DNA of 64,000 nucleotides from Candidatus Obscuribacteraceae bacterium (GTDB taxonomy: Bacteria > Cyanobacteriota > Vampirovibrionia > Obscuribacterales > Obscuribacteraceae): positions 64,001 through 128,000 of the forward strand of contig JBGAHS010000009.1 in the NCBI GenBank assembly GCA_044226015.1. The letters are read 5' to 3'. The notes below the pieces were generated by a model, which had not been told where the DNA came from, made no database searches, and saw nothing but the letters and a program-made list of their open reading frames with translations. Below are positions 8,853 to 18,031 of the stretch, one piece after another. Position 1 is the stretch's first letter, and each line of letters starts with the position of its first letter. The position numbers were made by a program, and so were the translations under genes.

Positions 8853-10199
8853 ATGAAAAAAGCATTGAGCAATCTAGGAAACCTTCGCTCAATGCTTTTG
8901 TTGTTATTGTGTAGTGCAACTCTTCTTCCTGCATCGGCGCAGTCTGGTCGTGCAGGTGTCTGGAATGCAAACTCTGCTTCGAGCACTTCGTCATCGAGCA
9001 GTTCTTCAGACTCGGGACCAGGCTACACTCTTCACTATGACCCTCGCACAAGGCAATATTACCGAGTTCCAAAAGCTGGCTCAAGAGCGGTGCTTCCTGT
9101 CTGTCCTCCCTTTTCTGGTTGTTACCCTGCGGCTGGCACAGGCAATTATTCACGCTGGTCCGCTGGTCACTCAGGTGCTCACCCTGCAGGTGGTACAAGG
9201 GGTGCCTCTCGTACTTCCGCTAGTCGCGTTGCTGCGTACCCTGCTGCTGGTATCGCTGCTGGTACCAGTGCAGGTCGAGGAACGTCTGATGCGAAAGCGC
9301 AAGTAAGACTGCTTGATTATCATGAATCAGTTGATGGTCGCTCGTTCCTTGTACACCTACCTCAGACTTATCAGAGTTCAAACCCAACGCCAGTCGTGAT
9401 AGTTTTTCATGGCTTAGGTATGAATGGAACTTCGGTTCGTGGGCTCAGTGCGATGGACATTACAGCGGAGAAAAATGGTTTCATTACTGTTTACCCTGAT
9501 GGTGTAGGAGGTCGTTGGAATGATGGCGTCCAACCTGGTGGAGGCGCAGATGATGTCACTTTCGTTTCAGACATGCTAGATGCTATGGCAAAAAAATATA
9601 GAATTGACTCAAGGCGCATCTATGCATGCGGTATTTCGAACGGTGGTTTCTTTGTCCAAAAATTAGCTTGCGAGTTGTCTAATCGCATCGCCGCCATCGG
9701 TGTGGTTGCAGCAAGTGCAGGGGCGAACGTCTGCGCTCGTTGTAACACGCATCGTGGTATGCCTGCTGTTTTCTTTCTAGGAACCGACGACCCGATTATT
9801 CCGCGCGAGGGACAGAGCAAAGAACTCGGTAAGTTGGGTGACGCTCTTGGTTTGACTGAATTAGGAATCAAGAATATAGACAGTACAGTTGCTAAAGTGG
9901 GCGGTATTATGACCGCAGACGAAGCTGGCGAATTCTGGGCTAAAAATAACGGATGTGCAGCTCATGCAAGGCATGAATCTATACCTGACCGTGATACCAG
10001 AGATGGTTGCAGAGTTTCGAGAGACACTTATGGGGGCGGCATCGGTGGAAGTGACGTAGTAATTTACGATATCGAAGGTGGTGGACACAGTTGGCCTGGT
10101 GGCATGGGATTTGTGGCTAAAGACATAATCGGGCGCACGTGTAATGACATAAACGCTAGCGATATTATGTGGCAGTTTTTTCGCGCGCATTCAAGATAG
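8853..10199 (+). CDS. Secreted alpha/beta hydrolase, LpqC / PHB-depolymerase-like esterase
   Basis: Sec signal, Ser/Gly-rich linker, PVVIVFHG, VYPDG, DDVTFV, RIYACGISNGGF (GxSxG), GTDDP, GGGHSWPG. Confidence 0.9.
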   Translation: MKKALSNLGNLRSMLLLLLCSATLLPASAQSGRAGVWNANSASSTSSSSSSSDSGPGYTLHYDPRTRQYYRVPKAGSRAVLPVCPPFSGCYPAAGTGNYSRWSAGHSGAHPAGGTRGASRTSASRVAAYPAAGIAAGTSAGRGTSDAKAQVRLLDYHESVDGRSFLVHLPQTYQSSNPTPVVIVFHGLGMNGTSVRGLSAMDITAEKNGFITVYPDGVGGRWNDGVQPGGGADDVTFVSDMLDAMAKKYRIDSRRIYACGISNGGFFVQKLACELSNRIAAIGVVAASAGANVCARCNTHRGMPAVFFLGTDDPIIPREGQSKELGKLGDALGLTELGIKNIDSTVAKVGGIMTADEAGEFWAKNNGCAAHARHESIPDRDTRDGCRVSRDTYGGGIGGSDVVIYDIEGGGHSWPGGMGFVAKDIIGRTCNDINASDIMWQFFRAHSR

Positions 10200-10387
10200 T
10201 TGCTTAGATGAGATGCTCGAAGCTACCTGCCAGGCTAAAAGAAGGAATGATTTCGCCCGAAAGGAGAATCCTGATTTGCCAAGAATTGATTTGGTTTCTG
10301 CAAACAATTCTGCTTTAGCAATTGAATTCTCTGTTCATCATAAAGAGCGCTTAAATTTAACGAAATAAACCAGTCTCTGCTGCCTTA

Positions 10388-12199
10388 TTAGTTGCGGCGA
10401 AGTTTATAGGACTTTCCCGTCCATGGGTTGTTGTCTATGACCAGCGTGCGTTGACTTCCTATGGCACCCTCAATGTGACCTTGTGCGGTAGCAACTTGTT
10501 TATTTGTTTGCTGGTTGTAGATGTTTATGATAACTGTGTGTCCAACCTGTACATCCGCGCGAAGTGCGCCTGGTGGTATTTGGAAGAAGTTTTGATTATC
10601 TAAAGCACCACCGCCGGTGAGGAAGTGGTTTGCTTCTGTTCTTTCAGCGCCTGCCCTCTGTGCATTGCTGTCTCTGTGCGCTTGTGTTTTTTGATTAGCT
10701 TCAGCGCTAGCTGAAAAAATGGCTGATTGTTCTGCGGCTGAAAGAGAATACTGAGATTTGTATTCTGGAACTGCTTCGCGGTCCTTATGCTCTTTCATCT
10801 CAACCCCGCCGCTCAGAAATTTACCCTTTTGCACCGCAGGTGGTGCTTGCTCTGTTTCTTCGCGAGCACTGATATTTCCTTTCAAGATATTTTGCTGCTC
10901 AGTGACGGACGGACTTGCCGCTTTCGCTTCCATTGGAACGCTCGGCTTGATGTCTACGGGCGATATTTCGGCGTGCTTAGAACGCTGCGGTAGCGGAGCC
11001 TTGTCGGCTGGCGCTTGTCTGTGTGTTTCGATTGGTACTACTTGCGGCCCATTGTTCTCTGTCTTCTTAATTTCAATGGGCGCTGGTGCTGTTGGTGCTT
11101 CGAAAGCCATTTGTTCACTTCTGTTGATCGGTTTAATGGAGACTGCATCTCCTCCAAGTGGTATTGGCTGTGGTGTGAGAATCAATTGCTCCGCCGGTTT
11201 TGTTGGAACTGCAAGGGCTGTTTCTCTGGTGCTACCCTTTTCCAACACCGCTGGTTGTATTACTGGTAGCGCTGCCGGATGCGATTTGCGTTCAGCAAGT
11301 TGCTCGGGCGGTAGAGCGGGAATGCTAAGGTTCACAGCAGATACTTTCGGCAGCATGGCATGTGCCTGACGTGCCGATTCTGCCATGCGTTCTTGTTCTG
11401 CTTTGAGCGACTCGATAGCTTTCTTGTTTAATTCTTCGGCGTTGAATGTGGAGTCAAGCTTTATCGGAGTCGGTTTTGGAAGCTGGTCCGCAATTGGTTT
11501 ACCTGATTCGACTGAACCTAATGGCTGACCCTCAAGTTTATGAGGCGGCACTGGTTGCGGTATCACTGATTCTATTTTGTTTGGGGCGATAGGCTGCGGC
11601 GCTGCAATTTCCGGTCTATGAGGAGCCACTGGATGCGGCATCGGAATTTCGTTGTTGGCTCTTGTAACACTTTCAGAGCTATTCGTTTGAGAAAGTTGTT
11701 TCTGCACTTGCTCGGGCGAAATAGGTTGTGGTGCTGTGAATTCCACTTTGTGTGGCGCAACCGGCTGTGGTAGGGGAATATCGCCTGGCGTTGTTAACTC
11801 GACGCCGGTCTTGAATAGCTTTTCCGGAGGAATTGCTTGTGGTGCAACTGATTCAACTTTGTGCGGTGCTACCGGCTGTGGCGCTGGAATATCAGATTTA
11901 GAGCCCTGTGCAGCCTTTTCTAAATTTCCTGCATCCTGATTTTTCTCGGCATTTTTCCCTTTTTCCCTGTCGTTAACTTCAACATGTCCAAAAAGCCTTT
12001 TGCCTGTTGTGTTTCGTCCTTCTCTATTTTTGCGTTGATTTTTGATGCTGGTCTGGAGATCTTCGCGGTCTTGATTTGAAATGTCGCCACGCAAAGTCGA
12101 ACTCGTCTTCTCTGAGTTTTCGCTTGCTTTACCCTTTTCAAATGCTTCGGGACGAGGCGCTTTCTCCCCGTTATTGCCACTGTTATTCGTAGCTGTCAT
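10388..12199 (-). CDS. Pro-rich hypothetical protein with PxP(V/I)xPxK internal repeats and a small C-terminal beta-rich domain
   Basis: 603-aa ORF with GAGG RBS. Repeats include PQPVAPHKVE (x2), PHPVAPHRPE, PQPIAPNKIE and PQPVPPHKLE. No signal peptide. Confidence 0.8.
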   Translation of the reverse strand: MTATNNSGNNGEKAPRPEAFEKGKASENSEKTSSTLRGDISNQDREDLQTSIKNQRKNREGRNTTGKRLFGHVEVNDREKGKNAEKNQDAGNLEKAAQGSKSDIPAPQPVAPHKVESVAPQAIPPEKLFKTGVELTTPGDIPLPQPVAPHKVEFTAPQPISPEQVQKQLSQTNSSESVTRANNEIPMPHPVAPHRPEIAAPQPIAPNKIESVIPQPVPPHKLEGQPLGSVESGKPIADQLPKPTPIKLDSTFNAEELNKKAIESLKAEQERMAESARQAHAMLPKVSAVNLSIPALPPEQLAERKSHPAALPVIQPAVLEKGSTRETALAVPTKPAEQLILTPQPIPLGGDAVSIKPINRSEQMAFEAPTAPAPIEIKKTENNGPQVVPIETHRQAPADKAPLPQRSKHAEISPVDIKPSVPMEAKAASPSVTEQQNILKGNISAREETEQAPPAVQKGKFLSGGVEMKEHKDREAVPEYKSQYSLSAAEQSAIFSASAEANQKTQAHRDSNAQRAGAERTEANHFLTGGGALDNQNFFQIPPGALRADVQVGHTVIINIYNQQTNKQVATAQGHIEGAIGSQRTLVIDNNPWTGKSYKLRRN

Positions 12200-12241
12200 T
12201 CAAAAATCCTCAAAACATTATCCTCTAAGTAATTATGCCAC

Positions 12242-13078
12242 TTAAAGTTGAAATCCTACTTCAAGACCTTTGCTTCCATGAAATGTTATGGAAAGTCTTT
12301 GCGACCCAAAAGTGGGGTCCCCCAAGGGCTGCCAGCCCAGGTAATACGGCGAGCCCATAGCGCGTAAATCTCTATTTATTTCATTCATAAATGGTACAAC
12401 ATCGCGCTTATGTCCGTGCTGTGCCATAAATCTAAGGCGCTGCTCGAGCTTTCGTCCCATGTCCATTTGTCCATCTTGTAGATCGTACGCAAATTGTTGC
12501 GGGGTGATCGTCATGTAATCCATCGCTTTTCCGCTGTAAGAGGATTCTGCCGGGTTGTTTTGATATGGGCGAGGTTCAATTCTTGGCTGGGCTCCCTGGT
12601 TATATTCATAAGGGTTTTGCGGAACACTGCCTCGTCGATCAGGATACTGATAGGGGCTGTAGCGGTCGTCAGAATAGCGCGAGGCATCTTGTGATGCTCG
12701 ATAAGCATCTTCGTTGACTCGACGCGGGTCTATGGGCAAATAGGTATCGGGCGGGAAACCATCGCCACCTGCACAATCTGCTCGTCCTCGGGAAAATTGT
12801 ACCTGTCCCCTACCGCGCTGTCCCTGTATTGGAGGCTCGTTGCTGTATATTTCAACGGGAGGAAGTTGCTGATATGGGACACCTGTTCTCTGCTGATAAG
12901 GAACGTCTTGAGGATGACGTGGATCGAACGGAGGCATATAGCCTCTTCCCTGATAAGCCGGCATAGAATCTACAGGCATCTGGCACTCTACGTACTGATT
13001 TTGCAGCCGACTTGTGTCTTGTCTTTGCTGTCCATTTGCTGGAATCTCTGCCCGAAACTCGTCGTAGTCTCTGCCCAT
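12242..13078 (-). CDS. Pro/Gln/Tyr-rich hypothetical protein
   Basis: 278-aa ORF with GAGG upstream. Low-complexity N-terminal two-thirds and a helical C-terminal domain. Confidence 0.75.
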   Translation of the reverse strand: MGRDYDEFRAEIPANGQQRQDTSRLQNQYVECQMPVDSMPAYQGRGYMPPFDPRHPQDVPYQQRTGVPYQQLPPVEIYSNEPPIQGQRGRGQVQFSRGRADCAGGDGFPPDTYLPIDPRRVNEDAYRASQDASRYSDDRYSPYQYPDRRGSVPQNPYEYNQGAQPRIEPRPYQNNPAESSYSGKAMDYMTITPQQFAYDLQDGQMDMGRKLEQRLRFMAQHGHKRDVVPFMNEINRDLRAMGSPYYLGWQPLGDPTFGSQRLSITFHGSKGLEVGFQL

Positions 13079-13144
13079 TTCATTGTCCTCTCTAAGTCTT
13101 TTAATCTTAGAAAGGAAGTTTGAAATTTATTTGAAAAGACTGTT

Positions 13145-14305
13145 CTACTTTCTTGTTTTGGCGAAGATGAAGCCATCATAGGAAGAATTATTAGCGACCG
13201 GTACAAAAAGAGAAGACTCCTCGCGTCCAGCTTGATTTTTGTAATGTCCAAATCTATAGAGATCTGACCTTGGAGAATCACGAAGTTGCTCATCATGTTT
13301 TTCGGTTTTGCTTGCAGGGAAGCCGTTCAGGCGTAGTACTTGAGACTCAATCTTGTGTTCTTTCTTCAAATAATCGTTTGTTAGGTCGTGCCATTTGTGA
13401 GCAGATGCCTCTTTATTAAAGTGGTCAGCGCCGCCATACGCAACAACTTTTGCGTTAGGATCTTCTTTCAGGATGTTTGCAATAGACCCAGCCCAGGCTC
13501 TGTCTCTGGATTTTCTATCTTCTTCTGTCTTTTCGGTGTGTTTGTTAATATCAGTGCCAACAACTTTGATGCCAGCATTCTTCATACTGTCGAGCATCTG
13601 CATGTATTTTTCACCGGTTCCGGGATAACTTTTATCCCAGGTGTTCATAAGGTAGTTTTTTAGTTCCTCACGTGCACCTTTATCTCCATTCGAAAACTTG
13701 TCCAGTGAAGATTGCATTTCCTGGGGAATCATTTCCATGGCGAAATGTGTGACACCAGCAGCTTTCATATTCTCAGCACTATCTGCAACATGCTGTTTTG
13801 CTGAAAAGTCCTTATGATCTTCGCCAATCAACGTTACTTTCTGGTCTTTGAGAACGTTTTTGTAGTCAATTTCAGGAAGATTTTTCAAATAGTTGATGCT
13901 TCCTTTTTCTGAAGCATTGCGGTCTAGCGGCTTCCCTTCTTCTGGATCTTTGCGCTCTGCTGCTTGTTTATCGAGCTTTTCCTTTTCCTGTTTTTGTTTT
14001 TCACTCCGCTCGGCCGCGCTCTGTGGTCTGCTCAGGATTTTGAAATCATCACCATCGTCTGCGGCATCCTTGCTGTCAGTTTTGCTTGCGCTATCAAAGA
14101 TGTCGAGCTTGCCGAATTGGGAGAGTGCTGATTCGCTTCCCCTTTTAAGCGTCTGATTCATTGCATCGATTGATTGCTTGAAGGTGTTAGAGTTCTGATC
14201 AAAGGCTTGCGAACTTAGATTGTCTCGCGTGTTTGACTCTGTCTCACGGTTTGAACTTTCACCAGAATCCCTTTTTTGTTCTTCTATGTCTTTTTCGCCA
14301 GCCAT
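13145..14305 (-). CDS. EreA/ChaN/Tiki-superfamily protein resembling RRSP / PMT-C2-type effector domains, with a charged N-terminal leader
   Basis: Motif order LIGEDH..AAGVTHFAMEM..YMQMLDSMKNAGIKVVGTD..RDRAWA..AKVVAYGGADH matches the GExH / E / D / R / GxxH signature of this superfamily. Confidence 0.7.
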   Translation of the reverse strand: MAGEKDIEEQKRDSGESSNRETESNTRDNLSSQAFDQNSNTFKQSIDAMNQTLKRGSESALSQFGKLDIFDSASKTDSKDAADDGDDFKILSRPQSAAERSEKQKQEKEKLDKQAAERKDPEEGKPLDRNASEKGSINYLKNLPEIDYKNVLKDQKVTLIGEDHKDFSAKQHVADSAENMKAAGVTHFAMEMIPQEMQSSLDKFSNGDKGAREELKNYLMNTWDKSYPGTGEKYMQMLDSMKNAGIKVVGTDINKHTEKTEEDRKSRDRAWAGSIANILKEDPNAKVVAYGGADHFNKEASAHKWHDLTNDYLKKEHKIESQVLRLNGFPASKTEKHDEQLRDSPRSDLYRFGHYKNQAGREESSLFVPVANNSSYDGFIFAKTRK

Positions 14306-14492
14306 AATTTAAGGACTCCCCCAGAGATCCACGAAAAAATGCAGGTTTGGTGAACTTAGTAATTGCTCGAAGGTTCTCGATTTCCCAATATTAGTGGAGA
14401 AGTATGGCAGAATTGTACTTTCCATAAAAATCCCGGCGAACCTGGATGTATCGTACTTTTAGAGACTGCTCAGCCGCTCGGTGTTTTCAGAA

Positions 14493-14530
14493 AAGTAAAA
14501 AGGGGTCGCTCATAGCGACCCTTTTTACTT
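14493..14530. terminator. Bidirectional-type intrinsic terminator after pilin-like gene copy 1
   Basis: AAGTAAAAAGGGGTCGCT-CAT-AGCGACCCTTTTTACTT. Confidence 0.85.
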
Positions 14531-14544
14531 CCACCAGCCGAAGT

Positions 14545-15054
14545 TTAGCTAAACAAATTTGCATCACGAGCCGAAGCCACCAGCCAGTTAATGCAACCTG
14601 GCGTTGCAAGACCACCTGTCACTCCTGCGGCGCCCCAGAGCACACGCTTCATTGCGTCTTGAGTTCCTGCAGCCATGTGCATAAAGCCCATGATCATCGT
14701 TGGACCGCCCCAGGCGATACCCAAAATTTCCATGCCATTTGCGATGATGTTCAAGAGCGCTTCGAGGTTAGCCAGGTTGTTAACTCGAACAGTGCCGGCT
14801 GTGTTTACGCCTTGAATGACTGTGGCGTCTGCGCCTTGAGGTCCAATGGTTCCGTTTGTTGCGCCTTGCAATTGCGGAGCACTAGCCATGCCGCCTTGCA
14901 TTGTTTGCGATCCAGTAAAATTTCCCGTATTTTGTGTTTGATTACCAGTTGCAGCCATGCTATCGAAAGCATCTTGCGCGAACGCAGGTGTTGACAGTGC
15001 GATAACTGAGCTGATGGTGAGAGCGGTGCGAATGCTTGCATTAGTAAGTTTCAT
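14545..15054 (-). CDS. Secreted VirB2/TrbC-pilin-like protein, copy 1
   Basis: Sec signal ending STPAFA|Q, an Asn/Gln/Thr/Gly-rich segment, then two Gly-rich hydrophobic helices joined by a short basic loop (ILGIAWGGPTMIMGFMHMAAG-TQDAMKR-VLWGAAGVTGGLATPGCINWL). This is the layout of conjugative pilins. The gene is certain; the pilin call is inference. Confidence 0.6.
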   Translation of the reverse strand: MKLTNASIRTALTISSVIALSTPAFAQDAFDSMAATGNQTQNTGNFTGSQTMQGGMASAPQLQGATNGTIGPQGADATVIQGVNTAGTVRVNNLANLEALLNIIANGMEILGIAWGGPTMIMGFMHMAAGTQDAMKRVLWGAAGVTGGLATPGCINWLVASARDANLFS

Positions 15055-15181
15055 GTTATTAGTTCTCCACATAAATTTGCTGCTTGTTTGTTGCCGCTCT
15101 TGATGAATTGATATTAGAGCTCATTTCTGAAAACGATTTGAAAGTTTTGACCTTCATTTGCGTTTGCTCTGTCATCGCGGC

Positions 15182-15248
15182 TTCGATGAATGAATAATAT
15201 GAGCCAATTGCGACTCTTTCTGGTCATGAACCGGTCAGTTTTGGGTCA
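15182..15248 (-). promoter_or_regulatory. Putative promoter of pilin-like copy 1: -10 box plus three TGACC direct repeats at 11-bp spacing
   Basis: On the + strand GGTCA occurs at 15222, 15233 and 15244. The minus strand reads TCATATTATT-N4-CATCGAA, and the same element occurs upstream of copy 2. Confidence 0.6.
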
Positions 15249-15346
15249 TTGCGTTAAAAGGAACAAATAAGTTCCGCAAACTTCTACAAATCTATGTGAG
15301 TGTCTGTGAGACAATTGGTTGCCAGAATAAATGGAGATTCTTTATT

Positions 15347-15796
15347 ATGCTAAGAGCTTTGCTTCCTGCCGTTTTGAGCGTTGTGATCCTGGCGGGTCTT
15401 GGTTCTGATGCACTTGCAGCTGGAGGAGTCATTCACGCCAACGAAAATGACCCGGGCTCAGCAATTGATCTTCAGAAGTATCTATCTAAGAGTGAATCAA
15501 CTCTTCTCTTTATACATAGCCCACACTGCGGTCCTTGCCGGAGAATCAGCCCTAAAATTGACGAATTGGCGAAGAAGAAGCCAGACTTGAAAGTTGTTGA
15601 CGTTATTTTGGACAGCAAAAAGGCACATGGAATTGGATGGGACTCCGCTGCAGCTAAGCAATTTAACATTCACTCTGTTCCGCAATTCATGGTTTATGAC
15701 AAGAATGGACAGCTGAGAATGTCAGGTGATAAAGCTGAAGATGAGGTTGATGCCTGGCTTGTTGAATATAAGTTGAAAAAGCCAGGAAACGATTAG
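15347..15796 (+). CDS. Exported thioredoxin-family protein
   Basis: Signal peptide, HCGPC active site, cis-Pro motif SVPQF, GGAG RBS. Confidence 0.88.
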   Translation: MLRALLPAVLSVVILAGLGSDALAAGGVIHANENDPGSAIDLQKYLSKSESTLLFIHSPHCGPCRRISPKIDELAKKKPDLKVVDVILDSKKAHGIGWDSAAAKQFNIHSVPQFMVYDKNGQLRMSGDKAEDEVDAWLVEYKLKKPGND

Positions 15797-15883
15797 TTTT
15801 TGACTTGATTCTGAGTTCTCCGATCTTAGCTGATTAGATTGCATGATATGATATGCAGCTAATCAAAGCTAAAGGAGCTCTAA

Positions 15884-17230
15884 ATGACAACTTCCACAAA
15901 GGAAGCGGCAACTTCGTGCGTGCTGCAAGAGTATCAACGCAAGCTGACTACCGCTGAGAAGGCCGCGGAGAATATTCGCTCAGCTTCGAATTTTTCTTTC
16001 GGAATGGGAGCGGGGCAACCTCCAGCGCTGCTCTCTGCGATTGCGAATCGAATTAAAGCCGGCGATTTGAAGGACTTGAAAATCTACTACAAGATCGCCA
16101 TGGAACATGCCGCTAAAACAATCATGGCACCTGAGGTTCTGCATACGGTTGAACTCCATCCTCTCTTCATAAGCGCATACGACAGAGCGCTCATTAAAGA
16201 GCAACAGAAAACCCACCACAAAGTTGTGAATTATGTTCCTGCGTACTTCTATCAGATACCACGTTTGTTGACCGAATTTGTGCAGATGGATACATTCGTC
16301 ACTACTGTATCTCCGATGGACAAGAATGGCTTTTTTAGCCTTGGCACAAACAATGACTATACTTCCACCGTGTTGAGAAATTGTCGCTGGAGAGCAGTTG
16401 AGGTAAACAAAAATATGCCTCGAGTTTTCGGTGAGTCGCTAGTTCATATATCTGAAGTCGATGCGATTATTGAAAATGATGTGCCCTTGCTCGAATTGCC
16501 AGGACATCCGGCGCAGCCAGAAGACGAGAAAATTGGGAAGTATGTAGCTGATCTTATTCCTGATGGAGCCACGATTCAAATGGGAATCGGTGGAATACCG
16601 AATGCGGTGGCACGGTTCTTGAGCGATCGAAAGGATCTGGGAATTCACACTGAATTGCTTTGTGACGGCATGATCGATCTCATCAAAAAAGGAGTAATTA
16701 CCGGTAAGCGCAAAAATCTGCACAAGTACAAGCACGTTTTTACGCTTGCTCTAGGTTCAACAGACCTTTACGAGTTTATCAATGATAATCCTTCAATGGA
16801 GAGCTATCCATCTAACTATTGCAACGACCCGCATGTTATTGCAAAGAATGACAACATGATTTCCGTTAACTCTGCAATTGAAATTGATCTGTACGGTCAG
16901 GTAAATGCTGAAGGAATTAATCATCATGAGTTCAGTGGCACCGGCGGTGCCTTAGACTTCATGAGAGGAGCATTTGACTCGAAAGGTGGTAAGTCATTCC
17001 TTGCTCTTTACTCTACGGCAAAAGCAGGGGAATTCTCGCGAATCGTTCCGCGACTTGAAAATAATGTTACTGATCCCAGGATGGACACCAACTATGTTGT
17101 CACTGAATATGGTATCACCAACTTGAAAGGTAAATCGACGAGAGAGAGAGCCCTTGCTCTTATCGAATTGGCACATCCGAAATTCCGTGAGGAATTAACT
17201 AAAGCTGCTAAGGAGGTAACCTTGATATGA
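15884..17230 (+). CDS. Acetyl-CoA hydrolase/transferase family CoA-transferase (4-hydroxybutyrate/succinate CoA-transferase-like)
   Basis: VSPMDKNGFFSLG, EVNKNMPR, DGATIQMGIGGIPNAV, LGIHTE (catalytic Glu), SGTGGALDF, VVTEYG..LKGKS..ERALALIELAHP. Confidence 0.93.
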   Translation: MTTSTKEAATSCVLQEYQRKLTTAEKAAENIRSASNFSFGMGAGQPPALLSAIANRIKAGDLKDLKIYYKIAMEHAAKTIMAPEVLHTVELHPLFISAYDRALIKEQQKTHHKVVNYVPAYFYQIPRLLTEFVQMDTFVTTVSPMDKNGFFSLGTNNDYTSTVLRNCRWRAVEVNKNMPRVFGESLVHISEVDAIIENDVPLLELPGHPAQPEDEKIGKYVADLIPDGATIQMGIGGIPNAVARFLSDRKDLGIHTELLCDGMIDLIKKGVITGKRKNLHKYKHVFTLALGSTDLYEFINDNPSMESYPSNYCNDPHVIAKNDNMISVNSAIEIDLYGQVNAEGINHHEFSGTGGALDFMRGAFDSKGGKSFLALYSTAKAGEFSRIVPRLENNVTDPRMDTNYVVTEYGITNLKGKSTRERALALIELAHPKFREELTKAAKEVTLI

Positions 17231-18021
17231 CCTCTACAGCAAGTACTACCTTGATTAAGACATCTATCAAGGACAAAGTTGGAATCATAACACTCGCCAA
17301 TTACGCAAAGCGAAATGCTCTGAGCAAAGATTTGCTTACTGCTCTGGACACAGCGATTGATGACTTTGCCGCTCGAAAATTAGCTGTCGTTATACTGCGT
17401 GCAGAACCCGATGTTAAGGTATGGTCTGCTGGTCACGATATTTCTGAGTTGCCATTGCGGCGCGACCCACTCGGTTATGATGACCCGCTGGAGACAACTT
17501 TGCGAAAGATTCAAATGTTTCCCGGACCTGTCATCTGCATGGTGCAAGGTGGTGTCTGGGGCGGTGCCTGTGACATTGCCATGACCAGCGATATTGTAAT
17601 TGGTGATGAAACTGCGACCTTTGCCATTACACCTGTTAAATTGGGCTTGCCTTACAATGCTTCCGGTGTTCTCCACTTCATGAATCGTGTTGGAATCAAT
17701 ATCGCGAAGGAAATGTTCTTTACTGCCGACCCGATTAAAGCCGACCGAGCCAAAGAGCTGGGTATACTCAATCATCTGGTGACCACTGCTGAACTAGAAA
17801 CTTTCACCATGTCCATGGCTGAACGCATCGCGTCACATTCACCTTTGAGTATTGCCGTAATCAAAGAGCAGTTCCGCTTGCTTTCGGCTGCACATCCGAT
17901 GTCTCCTGATACTTTCGAGAGGATTCAAGGATTGCGGCGGGTTGTGTATGACAGTGATGACTATGCTGAAGGTATCAACGCATTTAAGCAGAAGCGTCCT
18001 CCATCTTTTCAGGGTAAGTAA
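17227..18021 (+). CDS. scpB: Methylmalonyl-CoA decarboxylase (crotonase fold)
   Basis: KRNALS, VWSAGHDISELP..RDPLGYDDPL, GGVWGGA, TPVKLGLPYN, FERIQGLRRVVYDSDDYAEG match E. coli ScpB/YgfG motifs. ATGA overlap with the upstream gene. Confidence 0.9.
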   Translation: MTSTASTTLIKTSIKDKVGIITLANYAKRNALSKDLLTALDTAIDDFAARKLAVVILRAEPDVKVWSAGHDISELPLRRDPLGYDDPLETTLRKIQMFPGPVICMVQGGVWGGACDIAMTSDIVIGDETATFAITPVKLGLPYNASGVLHFMNRVGINIAKEMFFTADPIKADRAKELGILNHLVTTAELETFTMSMAERIASHSPLSIAVIKEQFRLLSAAHPMSPDTFERIQGLRRVVYDSDDYAEGINAFKQKRPPSFQGK

Positions 18022-18031
18022 GGGAGGCTTA

